64,000 bases of DNA, from contig CAOJXO010000001.1 in NCBI GenBank assembly GCA_948465545.1, forward strand, positions 95,728 through 159,727, written 5' to 3'. Of this stretch, positions 11,193-24,500 are shown piece after piece; the first letter of the stretch is position 1; each line of letters opens with the position of its first letter. Both the position numbers and the translations under genes were made by a program. Source of the stretch: an uncultured Bacillota bacterium. Its GTDB lineage: Bacteria; Bacillota; Clostridia; Christensenellales; UBA1242. The notes below the pieces were generated by a model. It was not told where the DNA came from, made no database searches, and saw only the letters and a program-made list of their open reading frames with translations.

Positions 11193-12092
11193 ATGAAAAA
11201 TCCAATAATCCCATTTCTTAATGAAAGTTTAAATAAAGTTACACTTGAAGAGGTTTTTAAGTTTTTCATTCGCGGAAACGAGACCGAACCTGTAAAAATT
11301 AAAATAACTGACGAAGTTGTTAAGGCTTTTATTGAATCAAACACAGAAGAATATTACAGAAATATGTGTAATATAGAAAAAACAAATAAAACAAGTTTTT
11401 ATCTTTTAAATTTCTATGATAAAGCACGTATAGTACTTCCAATAATATTTGACATTTCGATTGAGGACTGCAAAACTCAACTTCTAGATTTTATGACAAA
11501 GGCACAATGTGCCCTTGCACTTAAAAGAAACTCTGTTGTGTATGGAAAACGCATAAATGAAGATGAAGCATATAAAATTGCAAAAAGAAGTCTGTCACGT
11601 CTTCCAAGAAATCAAATATACAACCTCACCAACAGCCTTAAAGAAAGGCTATCGGCTTCAAATCCTGAAAATGATCCTGAGTATATTAATGCTGTAGATA
11701 TAATGGATCGCGAGCCTGACTCTGCTTTCGACCATGGTCATTTTTCTGACAAGTTTATTGATGCCCGTGCCTATGTAGAATCAAAAGACAGGATTTACAA
11801 TATCCTTAAAAACAAATTAACTTTGAATGAAAAATATTTAGAAGAGATAAGATTTTATGATGATGAAACGATTCTTATTGTCGACGATTTAATTATGGCA
11901 CCTTCCATATTTGAAGAAATGAATATCGGATTTGATATTTCAAAGTTAAAAATCCGACAACCCTTTGCCGAGCAGTTCGCAAAACAAATAGGGACTTGCC
12001 CATACATTGAAGATTTAGATCAATGGGAATACGAACAAATCTCTGAATACGAAGATGAACAACCTACAACATACGAAGAAGAAGATGAATAA
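11193..12092 (+). CDS. hypothetical protein with acidic C-terminus (299 aa)
   Basis: Clean ORF. The C-terminal tail is EYEQISEYEDEQPTTYEEEDE. No family recognised. Confidence 0.6.
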   Translation: MKNPIIPFLNESLNKVTLEEVFKFFIRGNETEPVKIKITDEVVKAFIESNTEEYYRNMCNIEKTNKTSFYLLNFYDKARIVLPIIFDISIEDCKTQLLDFMTKAQCALALKRNSVVYGKRINEDEAYKIAKRSLSRLPRNQIYNLTNSLKERLSASNPENDPEYINAVDIMDREPDSAFDHGHFSDKFIDARAYVESKDRIYNILKNKLTLNEKYLEEIRFYDDETILIVDDLIMAPSIFEEMNIGFDISKLKIRQPFAEQFAKQIGTCPYIEDLDQWEYEQISEYEDEQPTTYEEEDE

Positions 12093-12168
12093 GGGCTATA
12101 AAGTCCTTATTTTTTGCATAAAAAGCGGTTAGAAGTCAATAATTTAGCAAAATAGGTGTGGAGAAAAA

Positions 12169-12531
12169 ATGTCTAACCGCAAAGAAAAACTTGTTATGAG
12201 TTATCTGTGTAAGGTATGTACTGGAAAAAAGACATATCTAATTTCTCCAAACCAAATTGCAGAAGCAATCTGTAAAAAATGTGTTTTGTCGGTGGCAGAA
12301 ATAGATGAAATCATGGCGTCCCTCGCACTTGAAAACTATATAGACTTTGTGGTATCAGATGGTAAAGACGGCTATTTATATTGCGTTACCTTGAAGAAAA
12401 AAGGGCAAAGTTATCTGCTAGATTCAAAAAAGCAAAAAAAAACATTAGGGATGTTGGTGCTACGCAGTATCTTTCTTGCCACCGTGAGTTTTGTATTTGG
12501 GCTCATCCTCCGTGCGATATTTAAAAGTTAA
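12169..12531 (+). CDS. 120-aa protein: N-terminal winged-helix-like domain plus C-terminal TM helix (paralog B)
   Basis: Same architecture as 10723..11085: the ..DGKDGYLYCVTLKKKG.. core, a KKQKK linker, and the TM helix MLVLRSIFLATVSFVFGLILRAIF. Confidence 0.65.
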   Translation: MSNRKEKLVMSYLCKVCTGKKTYLISPNQIAEAICKKCVLSVAEIDEIMASLALENYIDFVVSDGKDGYLYCVTLKKKGQSYLLDSKKQKKTLGMLVLRSIFLATVSFVFGLILRAIFKS

Positions 12532-12559
12532 AAAAACCGCGTTTCCACGCGGTTTTTTT
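12531..12559. terminator. bidirectional terminator between paralog B and the giant gene
   Basis: AACCGCG-tttcca-CGCGGTT stem-loop flanked by A6 and T7. Confidence 0.85.
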
Positions 12560-12585
12560 GTGTTAACCAAATATGAATTTCAGCA

Positions 12586-15500
12586 TCAATATCTGAAAGC
12601 ATCAGGAACTCCTGTTGCAAACATACCTTCTTGAGTAACATGGTCTATAAATTCTGTTGGAAGTGCTTGGAAAGTCTTTCCTATTTGTTTAGTCTGTATA
12701 TTCTTATAAGAACATTCATTGTCTCCATTTGCTAAAACCGCACCAGCAAAACCACAGTAGTTACCCTCTGCACCAAAATATAGTGCTGGTTGTTCAAAAT
12801 TATTTAGTTCTATCATAAGTGCAGCATAAACCGCAGCCGCAACAATATCCATAAATGGCAATGGACCATCAGACAAAGCGATACCTAAATATACAGCTGT
12901 ATAGCCCGCATTTCGCAGACCTACATTTACACCATCCACACATCCAGCAATTGCAACCCAGCCTTGCATACCGCCATTTCCAGCGCTTGCTCTTTGGCCA
13001 TCTTTTCCATTCTTAAGATACTGATTTGAATTTTCAGTTGAATTTTCAGATGTACCATATAGATACGCTTCGCCTTTTTTGCCACCTGCAACAGCAGCTC
13101 CGCCATTTTTACCAGCAATCTTAGTAACGTCAATACCAGAAGTGGTACTGTTAGAAAGAACATCCCATCCTCTAGCACCATTTTTGCCTACAAATGATGA
13201 ACCACCATTTCCAGCAATAACATACTGGCTGTTTGAGCCAACTTGCTTATCCGTTTCAAAACCTATTGCATAAACATTGCTACCTTGTCCGCCTTGTCTG
13301 CCATTGCTAATTTCATTATAACCATTTCCCCCAATAAGCAACCCATAATTAGTTAAATTATCAATAGTTGCTGTTTCATTTTTATAGAAAATTCCTGTTA
13401 TAATGGTTGACTTAAAGTCTCTACCTGTAGAAGTTATACCATTTATAGCTACAAAGTTTCGAACATTATTTAAAGCACCTTCATTAAAACCAACAAAGCC
13501 ACTTGCTATATATTGATCATATTTTCTAAATTCAGCATTACGAACATTTCCATATGTTGACACATTATGAATGGTTGCCTTATTATAATTAGAAATTATT
13601 GAAGTTGCATAATATCTAGTATTTCCGCCAACCATCTCCTTAACCTCTTCAACATTGCAAGCATTTAATTGCCCTACAACGCTTAAGTCTTTCATAAATG
13701 CCCCATCTGTTGTCGAATCAAACAATGAAGATTGGTCTGAATGATAAGATATAACATAATCATTACCACTTAACCTTCCACTAAACAGAGCATATGAAAC
13801 TTTTCCTAAGTACATATTTCTTGTCAAGATTATACCTTCATAAGAAATCGAATCTCCACTTGGCAATATTGGCATAGCTATTGCATTGTCATTCTCTTGA
13901 CTAGCTATAAATGCACTAATCTCTCCAGTCATGGTGTTTGTTAATAACAACTTATCCTCACCATTAGGTTTATAGTTAAATGTTAAACTGTTAGAGGCAG
14001 AATCATAATTATAGAAAGTTGTTAGATCATCTACATCTACAACTTCATCTTGTAAGTTTGTAAAAGTCAAATCTGACTTGTCATAAACAAGAGTTTGATT
14101 TACTTTATTTAACTCTGCAAGATTAGAATTTATAGACAATTCTTTTGCATTAAACTTAAAGTTGGACTCAAGAGTTAATGATAAATCAATATTATCAGGA
14201 CTATCCAGATAAATTATCTTAGATGTATTTTCACCATTTCGTAAATAAACAATATCTAATCCACTGAGAACAAAATCTTCTTTTGTGAAATGAAGAACGA
14301 CAGGGGGTGTTTCTTCAGGTACTTTATCAGTATAATCCCCTAGATCAATATTATTTTGTTGTTTGGTTATATCAATACTACCATTTGAATAATTTGCCTT
14401 TATTGCTTCCTCAATACTATTATATGTATTTGAACTTCCATATACCGTCCACTTTCCTGTATCTCTATTATACGATGCAAGTTGATACTCTTTAGTGTGA
14501 GTAATGTTGTTAGGATGCTTGTTACCATCTTCATCAATATGAGGGTTATCAGACTGTTCAACCCAAGTGTTTGTATAAGTCCATGTTTCAATATTACCAT
14601 CTAATGTCCAAATATATTGTTCAAACATTTTTTCAACAAATTGCGTTACAGAAGCCAACTTTTCCTCTGTCGTTTTGTCTTTAAGCTCTTTTGAGGCAAG
14701 GTGCAATTCGATTGCTTTCATTATATAGTCATCAATAGTTTTACAGTCTGCATAAGGCTTGTTACCATTTTCATCTACTTGTTCTCTAATTTCTTCCATT
14801 GTATATACAAACTTATATTGAGTAATAGATTTTAAAGTTGTAACCCCATTCGCATTCAAATTATAGTTATAAATGAAACTTGGAGCCATTACATCATACA
14901 TTTTTCCATCTATATTAACGGAGTATTTTTTACCACCAGTAATATTAAATGTCATATCATATGCCGATTCAAAATAAGGTGCAACATTATTCTTTTCATC
15001 ATCTAAACTCATATCAACTTCAAAATGTGTATGATAGATGTTTGATTGAATAGAAAAGTCACTATCTACACTAAATGTTAATGTATTAGTTGCATTAGGC
15101 TGCAATTCAACCTCTGCATTACCAGCAACAAGTGAAAGACCTGAAAATTCAGTTTTCATATATCCACTACTATCTTTATTGTTGGTTATTGTAACATTCA
15201 AATTGTCTGTTGAATAGTTGACATTATAATTTGAATTAAATTTGAATGTGCCATAGTAAACTATAATTCCATTTGCAGATTTACTATTTACTTTACCTAA
15301 TGCATAAGTCATATTTAAAGTATGAATCTTAGACTGACTATTATCAGTAACATCAAACTCAACATCATTTTCCTCAAAAGCAAGGTCAACAAAGTTGTAT
15401 GTGATATTTCCACTCAAAATTCCATTGCTAAATTGTTTGTCATATACTTTATCAACAATAATTTGAGGAAGTACAATTTCTTTTAATTGATAGAAATAAT

Positions 15501-18500
15501 CAACTTCAATAGGAGCATTCTTTTCAAAGTCAAGTGAAGTAACAGTGACTTTATTATCTTCAATAGAAACCTGTAAGTTTCCTAATGTTGCAAACGCTGC
15601 AGCATTGTAACTAACAACTGGGGAATCTCCAATGTAGAACAATGCTTTGTCCCAAGATGAAGCATCTGGAAGAGTGAAACTTGCCGTATTTGAATATGCA
15701 GAAATATTATAATTTAATATTGAATTTATATCATCTGCACTAACATTTTCAAAACTCCACACTCCATCAGCAAATGTTGAAGTATAAGAATCAATTATTA
15801 AATCGTTAACCTTGGTCCAATTTGCCCCATCAAATACAACAAGTTTATTGTCATCTTTATCGGTCACTGTTGCAGTATATCCAGTAGAAGCAAATTGCCC
15901 TTGTATACTTATAGAGTCATAAGTTAATGTAAGAGTATTTAAATAATTTTCAATCTCAGATTGAATATCATCATCTGCATAAACGTCTGATACAATAATT
16001 AAAGTTTCCCCATTTGATGTAATAGTCATATTTATACCATTGATATCAAAGTTTTCAATCTCACTTGACCATACACCAGCTTTAAACACTGCAATTTTCC
16101 CAAGTTTCATATCGGTATTTCCAGACACATTAATTTCAAAAGATGTAATTCTGTCTGTAATATTTTCCTCATCAAACTCTGTCTTTATAATAGGCGCAGT
16201 GATATTATTTACAGTATCTAAAATGCTATAAGTAAAGTCAATAGGGACTCTTGAAGCAACAATATTTCCATTACCACCAGCCGTAAAACTGCTGTTAAAT
16301 TTTTCTGAATTAGAGATGTTTTTGTTACCAGTATAAGAATCACTAACCTTACCTGCACTAGACTTAGGTGCATCTACTGTAAATGTAGACTCAATAGTTA
16401 ATCCATAGTGAATTGTTATTGACTTTCCTGCAAGCATTTCTGGAAGAAGAGTGCTTGTGTTAACCGTATTCAAAACATTGCCATCTGAATTATATAATTT
16501 GAGATTCTTATATAATACTAGGCTCTTATTGCCGTACACAAAGTATAATTCCTTTGTTGTACCATTTGCTTGGTAGGTCGTATAATATGCATTAATAAAC
16601 TCCTCATCGCTATCATTCAATTTTGTTTGATAACCGAAAGCTGAACTATTATCAAAAATAGTTTCAATTAATGCTGTGTACGTATTATCAGAAATATCAA
16701 TTTCAATTCTTCCATCTTCTTCATAATAAGAATACTTATAATTAGTTAAATCTATAGTATATGTTTCATCTAATGAATAACTAATTGAAAGTTTTTTATC
16801 TGCCCAGTTGTTTATTTCTTCTGTTGCATAGATTGAAAGATCAAACACAACTTTTGCATTGCTACCAGAGCCAATTTTATTCCATCCAGTTCCAATAACC
16901 TTAACAATTTTTTCACTATCATCTTTATAATCGAAATTAAAGTTATTATATGAATAATCTCCTTTATCAAACAAGTCTATTATTGTAGGATCTGATGTTG
17001 TATAAGTTGTTGTGTAAATAAGAGCGGAGTTCATAAGATTATAAAGATCTGATCCAGCCTCATTTGCCAAATAATAGTATTTATTATTTATTAAAATGTT
17101 GGTATTTTTATTGTTAGATTTAGTTTCGGATAATACCTTGTTCTTTATATTATTAACATCACCATTATCAGTTGATTTCTTATTTTCATAAAAATTATAC
17201 TTATCAGCTACATAACTGCGATAAGTAGGCGTCTGAGAATCACTTGTCCACGAGTAGTAATCCTCTAAGTCCTTACTATATTTAGTTGTTGAAGCTTCTT
17301 TTATACTTACTCTATGTAAAAGTTTAATATATAAACTTGTAGGGAAACCAAATTCATCACGAGAGGTAATAACAAAGTGATTGTTATCATCCTTTTCCCC
17401 GCCTGACACTTCTTTAAAATAGGATTCATATGAAAATTGATAGTAACGCAACCAACCATCAGTAAAAGTATTAGAATTGGCAGGATATCCCGATATATCC
17501 ATAGTATACTTAGTACCACTAGTAATATCGCCTTTAATCGCACAACCATTCATAACGATTTCCTCGTTTGTATTGTAGTTTGTGCCAGCAATACCTTCAC
17601 TTCCATTATATCCTACACCATAAGCATATACATTTCTAAAAGATTCGGTATAAATCGTGAATGTACGGATTTTTTCATTAGCTGTTTTATTTGTCCTAAT
17701 CTTAAACTCTGAGTTTGTTGCAATAGCCTCAACTGAAGCTTCGTTGAGTGAGTTTGAAACAGAACTACCACCACTATAACCAACAATTCCGCCTGCATAT
17801 TGGGCTGTTGTACATTGTTTATTGCCCGCTTTAACAAGCCCTGAATTGTAGCAATAATCAATTGTAGAATTGTCACTTCTACCAGCAATTCCGCCCGCAT
17901 AGTTGCTTGCACTTGCACTGGTAATTACATATCCGCTTGTTACAGATGAAGTGTTATAGCAATATTCAACATAACTAGAGTTGTATAAATACCCAACAAT
18001 TCCACCTGTGTAAATACTACTTCTTGTACCTGTATTTGTAGTATTAATTGGACCATTATTTGAAGAATGCTTGATTGTTGTATTTTCAGCATAACCAACT
18101 AATCCACCCACATATCTCTTATTTGCATCTACTTTAAGATTACTCATAACAGACGCAATAGTAGAGTTTGTTGCTGTTCCTGTCACACCGCCATATTGAC
18201 CTGCATTATTAGCTTTATCAATAGTTACAATACCGCTTAAAGTTACATTTGATATGATTGTGTTTGTTATTGTTTCGGCAATAACACCTGTATTGCTAGA
18301 TTTATCTCTTATGCCTGTTATAGTAACATCTAAGACATCAACATTTCTCACAAAAGAATTTGTCAACACTTGGAAAAGTCCAGTACCATTGAAATTGTAA
18401 AGTCTGTGTCCTTGTCCGTCTAAATCAAGTGATGCCGTTGACTTAAAATTCTTAATTGTATTTGTTGAATCAAAGTAATTGAAATCAAAGTCATTTCTGA

Positions 18501-21500
18501 TAATCACTTTCTTGTTTTCAGTAATCCCATCATTAACATTTGGCAAATAACTATTCCATACGCCAGCGTTAGGAACAATGTAATATGCCCCCATTACATC
18601 AACAGGACTATTACCCCAAATCTCACTGCCAGTAAGGCGATTATATTCGTATCTTTCTATACCCTTAGTATCATCAGACAAATCAGTATCTTTATCCCCT
18701 CTTGATGCATAAGAACTATACTTCAAATAGTTAAACTGTCTTGTAGGATAACTATAGTTGAACTTGTCGTCTTGAGCCCAGTTGCCTGCATTAAACTTTT
18801 GTTTAATACCTGCCGTAGTTGTTGAACCTATACCATTTGCATTCTTATCATTATAAGTATCTGTAAGTTTTGCTCCATCAAATACCGTTCTATGGCTAGA
18901 GTCAGGTTCTGTATTTGCAGAAGTATGATCGTGCCAGTTAAGATTTGTTGCAGAATAACTATGCCTTATTTCAACTTCGGTTGAAGTATGTTCTCCTCTT
19001 CCTTGTATGAAACCATCGATATGAGTGTCAATATATGACTCTACAATACCAACTGCATATGTATAAGTAACTAAAACATTATTTATATTTTTATTGTTTA
19101 CTTTATTAACATTTGCTATTGCAGAAGCCTGACCGTAGAGAATGCTTCCGCCGTCTTTATATTGACCTGCACGGTAGATGATATGAATGTCTGACACTGA
19201 CTCGGTAATTAAACCATTTGCTATACTACCAACAAGTCCGCCAAGACTGATTGCGGTGTTTCCACCAACACTCATATTTCCAGATACACCGACAGCGTAT
19301 ATAATTCCGCTTTCCATGTAACTAGCCACACCACCGATTGACATTCTTTCTGTTTTGCCCGCTTTTACATTATCGTTATCAATATCAAGCACAATATTCA
19401 AGCCTGAAACAAAGGATTGTCCTTTGATATATTCAATAGGGCTTGCATTTTTGTTTGTATAGTTAATGGTATATCCATCACCTATAATAGCAACATTATC
19501 AAGAGTATTTGTAATTGATTCCATTGATACGGCTTGAGCGTTATCAGCAGAGAAATAATAATATCTCATACCATGTACCTTTTCAAGTTGATCAATTTCT
19601 TCAGTGGCGATCGCACCTGTGAATGATTTAGGGTTGAGTTTTGAGCCCTCGCCAGTTAAAGAAGTAACATTTGACACCCTTGTAAGCATAAATTCTGCAA
19701 GAGCATTTTTCTTTTCAGTAATTCCATCAAAGTACTCATGTCCAGTATATCCACCACCTGTAATACCCTTGTTTGTATCATAAGGGGTCATATACCCAAC
19801 GTCATAAGCATTATTGTCCGTAGTAAGAGTAACAGCATGACTATAGAAATTTCCTGCAGTTTCAGAAATTCCTTGAATATTTCCAAATACAGCATTAATC
19901 TTATCACCGTCATTAGGCCTTTGATCGTTATATGTTGTCATTATATAGTTTTCTTGAATTGGATTTTGAAGTCCAGAAACGTCTAAGCCTCTTCCAATAA
20001 GCCCACCATAATAAACTTGACCATGTTTAGAGAATGTTGTTTCAGTAGTGCTTACAGAATCTATTTTTTCATCTTTATACAAGAAGAAAACATCTCCGAA
20101 TGAGTAGTTGTTTGAAATTTCAACACGTCCTGCTTTGGCATTTGTTCCGCCCATATGTCCAGCATCTGCAAAAGTACCAACAAGGCCACCAATATCAAAT
20201 CCAATATTTTCTGCATTATAAATTTTAATCGCACCACCAAAAGCGGTATCTTTAATATAAATATTTTGACTTTCATCAAGACCAGTAATTCTTCCAACAA
20301 TTCCACCTATACTTGCTTTATGTGAAGTGTAGATCTGTCCAACGAAAGACATATCTGCATAAGAAAGTCCATCATTAACAATGTTTGCAGTTGCACCATT
20401 AGTAAGGTAAATATCTCCAACTAAACCGCCCACATATGCCTGAGTATTTTTATCTCCAAATCCCGCATTTACATCAAGCACACTGCCAACTCTTATAATA
20501 CCTTTGATTGTAAGATCTTTTTCGCTTCTACCAACAAGTCCGCCAACATAGGCATTTTTTTCTGCTCTAACTGATATCGCCTTATAAGGATTGTTGTATC
20601 TAAGAATTTCTTCATCACTTGTTATTGCTAAATTTCCAGTAGTACGTCCAACAAGTCCGCCAACATAGGCATTCTCATTAACTTCAAATGCGTTAAATGC
20701 AAATGTGTTGCCGAGATTGTCGATATAGTTTTTCATAATATCCGCAGAATTATGATATGCAGAAGTAAGTCTTCCACTTACATTTGTAGATTTAAATACT
20801 TCAAAGTTTGTAACAACATTTGAAATTTCAGGTGTGCCATCTGAAGCCATTTGTCCCACAAGTCCACCCAAATAAACATCGTTATTTTTATCACTTGAAG
20901 AATATATTCTTACATTAAATGTCTTAGTTGGAACACTTTCAGTTTTACCTGCAATATTTATTCCAGAACCTTTATACGCACCAAATAATCCACCAGCGTA
21001 AACAATGCTTTGTCCTGTAAAAGTTGATGTATTTCCAGATAATGAAAGGCTGATATTTGTGACTGTATCAATATCCGCAAATGTAACAGTATCAATATTG
21101 CTTGCAAGTCCCGCATAACCACCAATGTAAATATTATCGTGATTATAATTTACATTGATTGTTTCCGAAACATTGTTAAGTTGAGTAATACCTTTCCAGT
21201 CATTACCTTGAATTTGTGTATAGGTATTGCCCACTTTACCAATTTGAATATTAAGTTTTGTAGGAGTTAAGTCGTTGCCATTATCATCTTTACCGCTCTC
21301 CTTTAAAACTTCTCCAAAATAAGCACCTACATAAACATTGTTATTAGAAGTGTTTGAATTATTTATAAGGTTACCAGAAGCATCTGTGTAATTATAAATA
21401 TTTACGTTTTGAATATTCATAATTCTATTTTCGCTGTTTTGCGTTGCCTTTCCAGCAATAAGTCCTACCCTTGTCGCATCAGTACTCAAGAACACCTGAC

Positions 21501-24500
21501 CTGATTCTGGCAAATTGATAAAGATGTTAAAGTTTGAGATTGATGTGTTTGTAATTGTAGGTGCTAATAAGCCAACCTCACTATCATTATTACTATTATA
21601 GAAATAAACATTGTGAGTAAATTCAAACTGAACATTATCTAACACCGCCAACATCATGTTGCTATTAGAGAAAGCCCCTTTATAATCGCTGTCACTAGAG
21701 AATATTGTCTTATTAGTAATTTCTCCAAGAACGGGGTCTTTATAAGGTCTAAACTTCACAGAAACATTTGACATTCTGAAGCCTGCAGAAGTGCCATTAA
21801 AGAGCGGTCTATCAAGAAGAAGTGCTGGCCATTCTTGAGGGTAACCTTGAATAGACACTTGTTGCCCTACCTGCCATCCGATAAGTCTTCCTCTGAAGTT
21901 TTCAATTCCATCTTTAAATGTAATATCGTTTCGTTGTAAAAATCCTGCTATATCAATGTGTGCCTTAGTTTCACTGCCAGCTGCAGTAAGTCCCCTTACA
22001 CGCACTTCAATATCAGAGTTTTGCATACGTGTTAACGCAGCCCTAATAGAAGCATCATAAGCATCAAGATAGATGTAAGGTCTTTCCACTATAGAGAATT
22101 TGATACGTGGATATAATGAATCTGAGTCATGATACCAGTTGTTCATAGACCAAACATCACTGCCAAGGAACACGCCATAAGTATCATCATATCCAGTTTC
22201 TGCACTAGGATATGTAGACACACTAGGGATAGCCATAATGTTGTGAAGATTTCCCTCTTCATTTACATTAATATCACCAACACGATAAGGCTCGTTAGGA
22301 TAAGCAAAAAGTTTGATTGTATCAAGCGTGTTGATTGAAGAAACATATTGTCTTACCGCCCCAACTGTAACATAGCGTTTTGTGCCTGCCGCAGCGGCTT
22401 CATCGTCATCAGCGGCTTTAGTAACAACAAGGAAGTTAAAGTCGTTTTGGTTTTCATAGTTACCTATAATAGCATAAACATTAATCTTGTCAAAAGAGTA
22501 AATGTTGTACTCAATAGGTTGCTCGTTTTCGTCCAAGTCTGTGCTAACTTTAGACATATAGAAATCTTCCGCTCTGTACTGTACTTCTTCAGCATAATCA
22601 TAGGTTGAAAGGAAGTTAACAGCATTTACAGACTCTAAGATTATATTTGAACCACGTGAGACAGAGCCGATAATTCCACCTGCGGCATTTTTAGCACGCA
22701 CATCACCAGTTGCATACACTTCGTTCATATAGTACTTAGTCACTATATTGTCAGTACCATCAGAAATGTAATATACACCACTGTTTGTTGTGTTTACATA
22801 TCCGATAACACCGCCTGCATATCTAGCAAGCATATCTACAACATTAAGTTTTGAATAAGAAACAGTAAGTTGTCCGCTTCCTGCGTAACCAACAAGTCCG
22901 CCAACATATATTTGAGAATAATCTTTATCAATTCCCTCAGTGCTGAAAATTGTTGTGCTTCCACGTTCAGCATTATTGCTTCCGCTATAGTAAGTAAGCA
23001 GATTGTTTTCAATGGTATTTTGAGTTGTTTCATCATACTCACTGAAAAGTTGAATGTAATTGCCATAGCCTTGACCAACAATTCCACCTGCGTAGAATTT
23101 AGTTGCAACAAGGTGTGAAACAGGCTCGCTGGCAGGGTCTGTGAAGATTGCACCAGTATCTTTTATGTCAGTATGAACACCAGCAAAACCAACAACTCCG
23201 CCGACAACCTGACCTTGAACATTGATAGCCCCTTGCACCCTTACTTTTGAAAGTTCATAATCGCTTGATTGCATTTCTGTTTTATGTTGATAATCAGCCA
23301 CCATGCTTTCTTGTTCTGTAAAGATATCAACATAACCAAACGCACCACCAGCATATGACATGTTGCTGATAAATGCAACAACATTGTTAAGCATATTAAC
23401 ATTTGCTTCTGACAAGAAGATGTCACCGATTTGTTGAATAAGAAGCATACGAAGTTCAAATGCTGTTTGTGCTGAGAATGTTGCAACATTTCTCGTCATA
23501 CCGATATTTGAAGTTGCACCTTCTTGGCTTTCAATTCCAACTTCGTTGTATCTGTCTGCAATCACATTAGGGTCAATTACATTTACATTCTTAACTTTAG
23601 AGTCGCCAAACATCATGCCGACAACCCCACCAACAAAGTTAAGACCTTCAACAACGCAGTCTTTATTGTTTGTAATTTGGATATTTACAAGGTTTGAATT
23701 TTTTGCATAACCCGCAATACTTCCAACAAAATTTGCAAGGTTGTTTACTACTTGATTTACTGTGATATTAAGATTAATAATACTTGCACCTTCGATTGAT
23801 GCGAATAAACCAAAAGCAATCATATCTTCGCTTGAAGTGATTGAAAGATTAGCGATTGTAAAGCCGTTACCAAATAAGTTTCCAGTAAACGCCTTGTTTA
23901 TAGAAGGCAAGTCGATTGTGCCCTCTTCTTCGTTATCCCCACCTGAAACAACAAGGTCAGAGAAATCCAAATCAGATACAATGCGATAATTTCCATTTAT
24001 TCTTGTTTTTGTGAAATATGAAGATATATATGTAGATGTACTTTTTCCAGTAACATTAACAAATTCTTGTGCGTTTCTAATAATAATAGGGTTGTTTTCT
24101 GAACCGTAGTTTGCATTAATTAAACCGCGTTCTGAATTATACAATGTTGAGTAAGGAAGGAAGTATTGCCCCTCCTCTTCGCCTGCAAGATAATACCTGC
24201 TTGAATATGCAATTTTGTTTGGTTCAACAAGTGTTAAAATCCCCTCGCTTGCGATTAAAGACCAAACCCCATTTATTGAATTTTCACTTGAATTGAATGC
24301 GAAGCCATAGAAATAAGTTTCGTCGTCAAGTTCTGATAATTGCACTGCACGAGTGTTATAACTTTCCTCAGTAGAATCATCATTGCCAAGACTTTGAGCG
24401 TTGTAGTAATAGCAATTAATGTAAGAGCCTGTTGCAAGTAAATTACCTTTTTCGTCTACACCAGAGAAGTTCATCTGTGAGTATACAAGGCTGGTAATTT

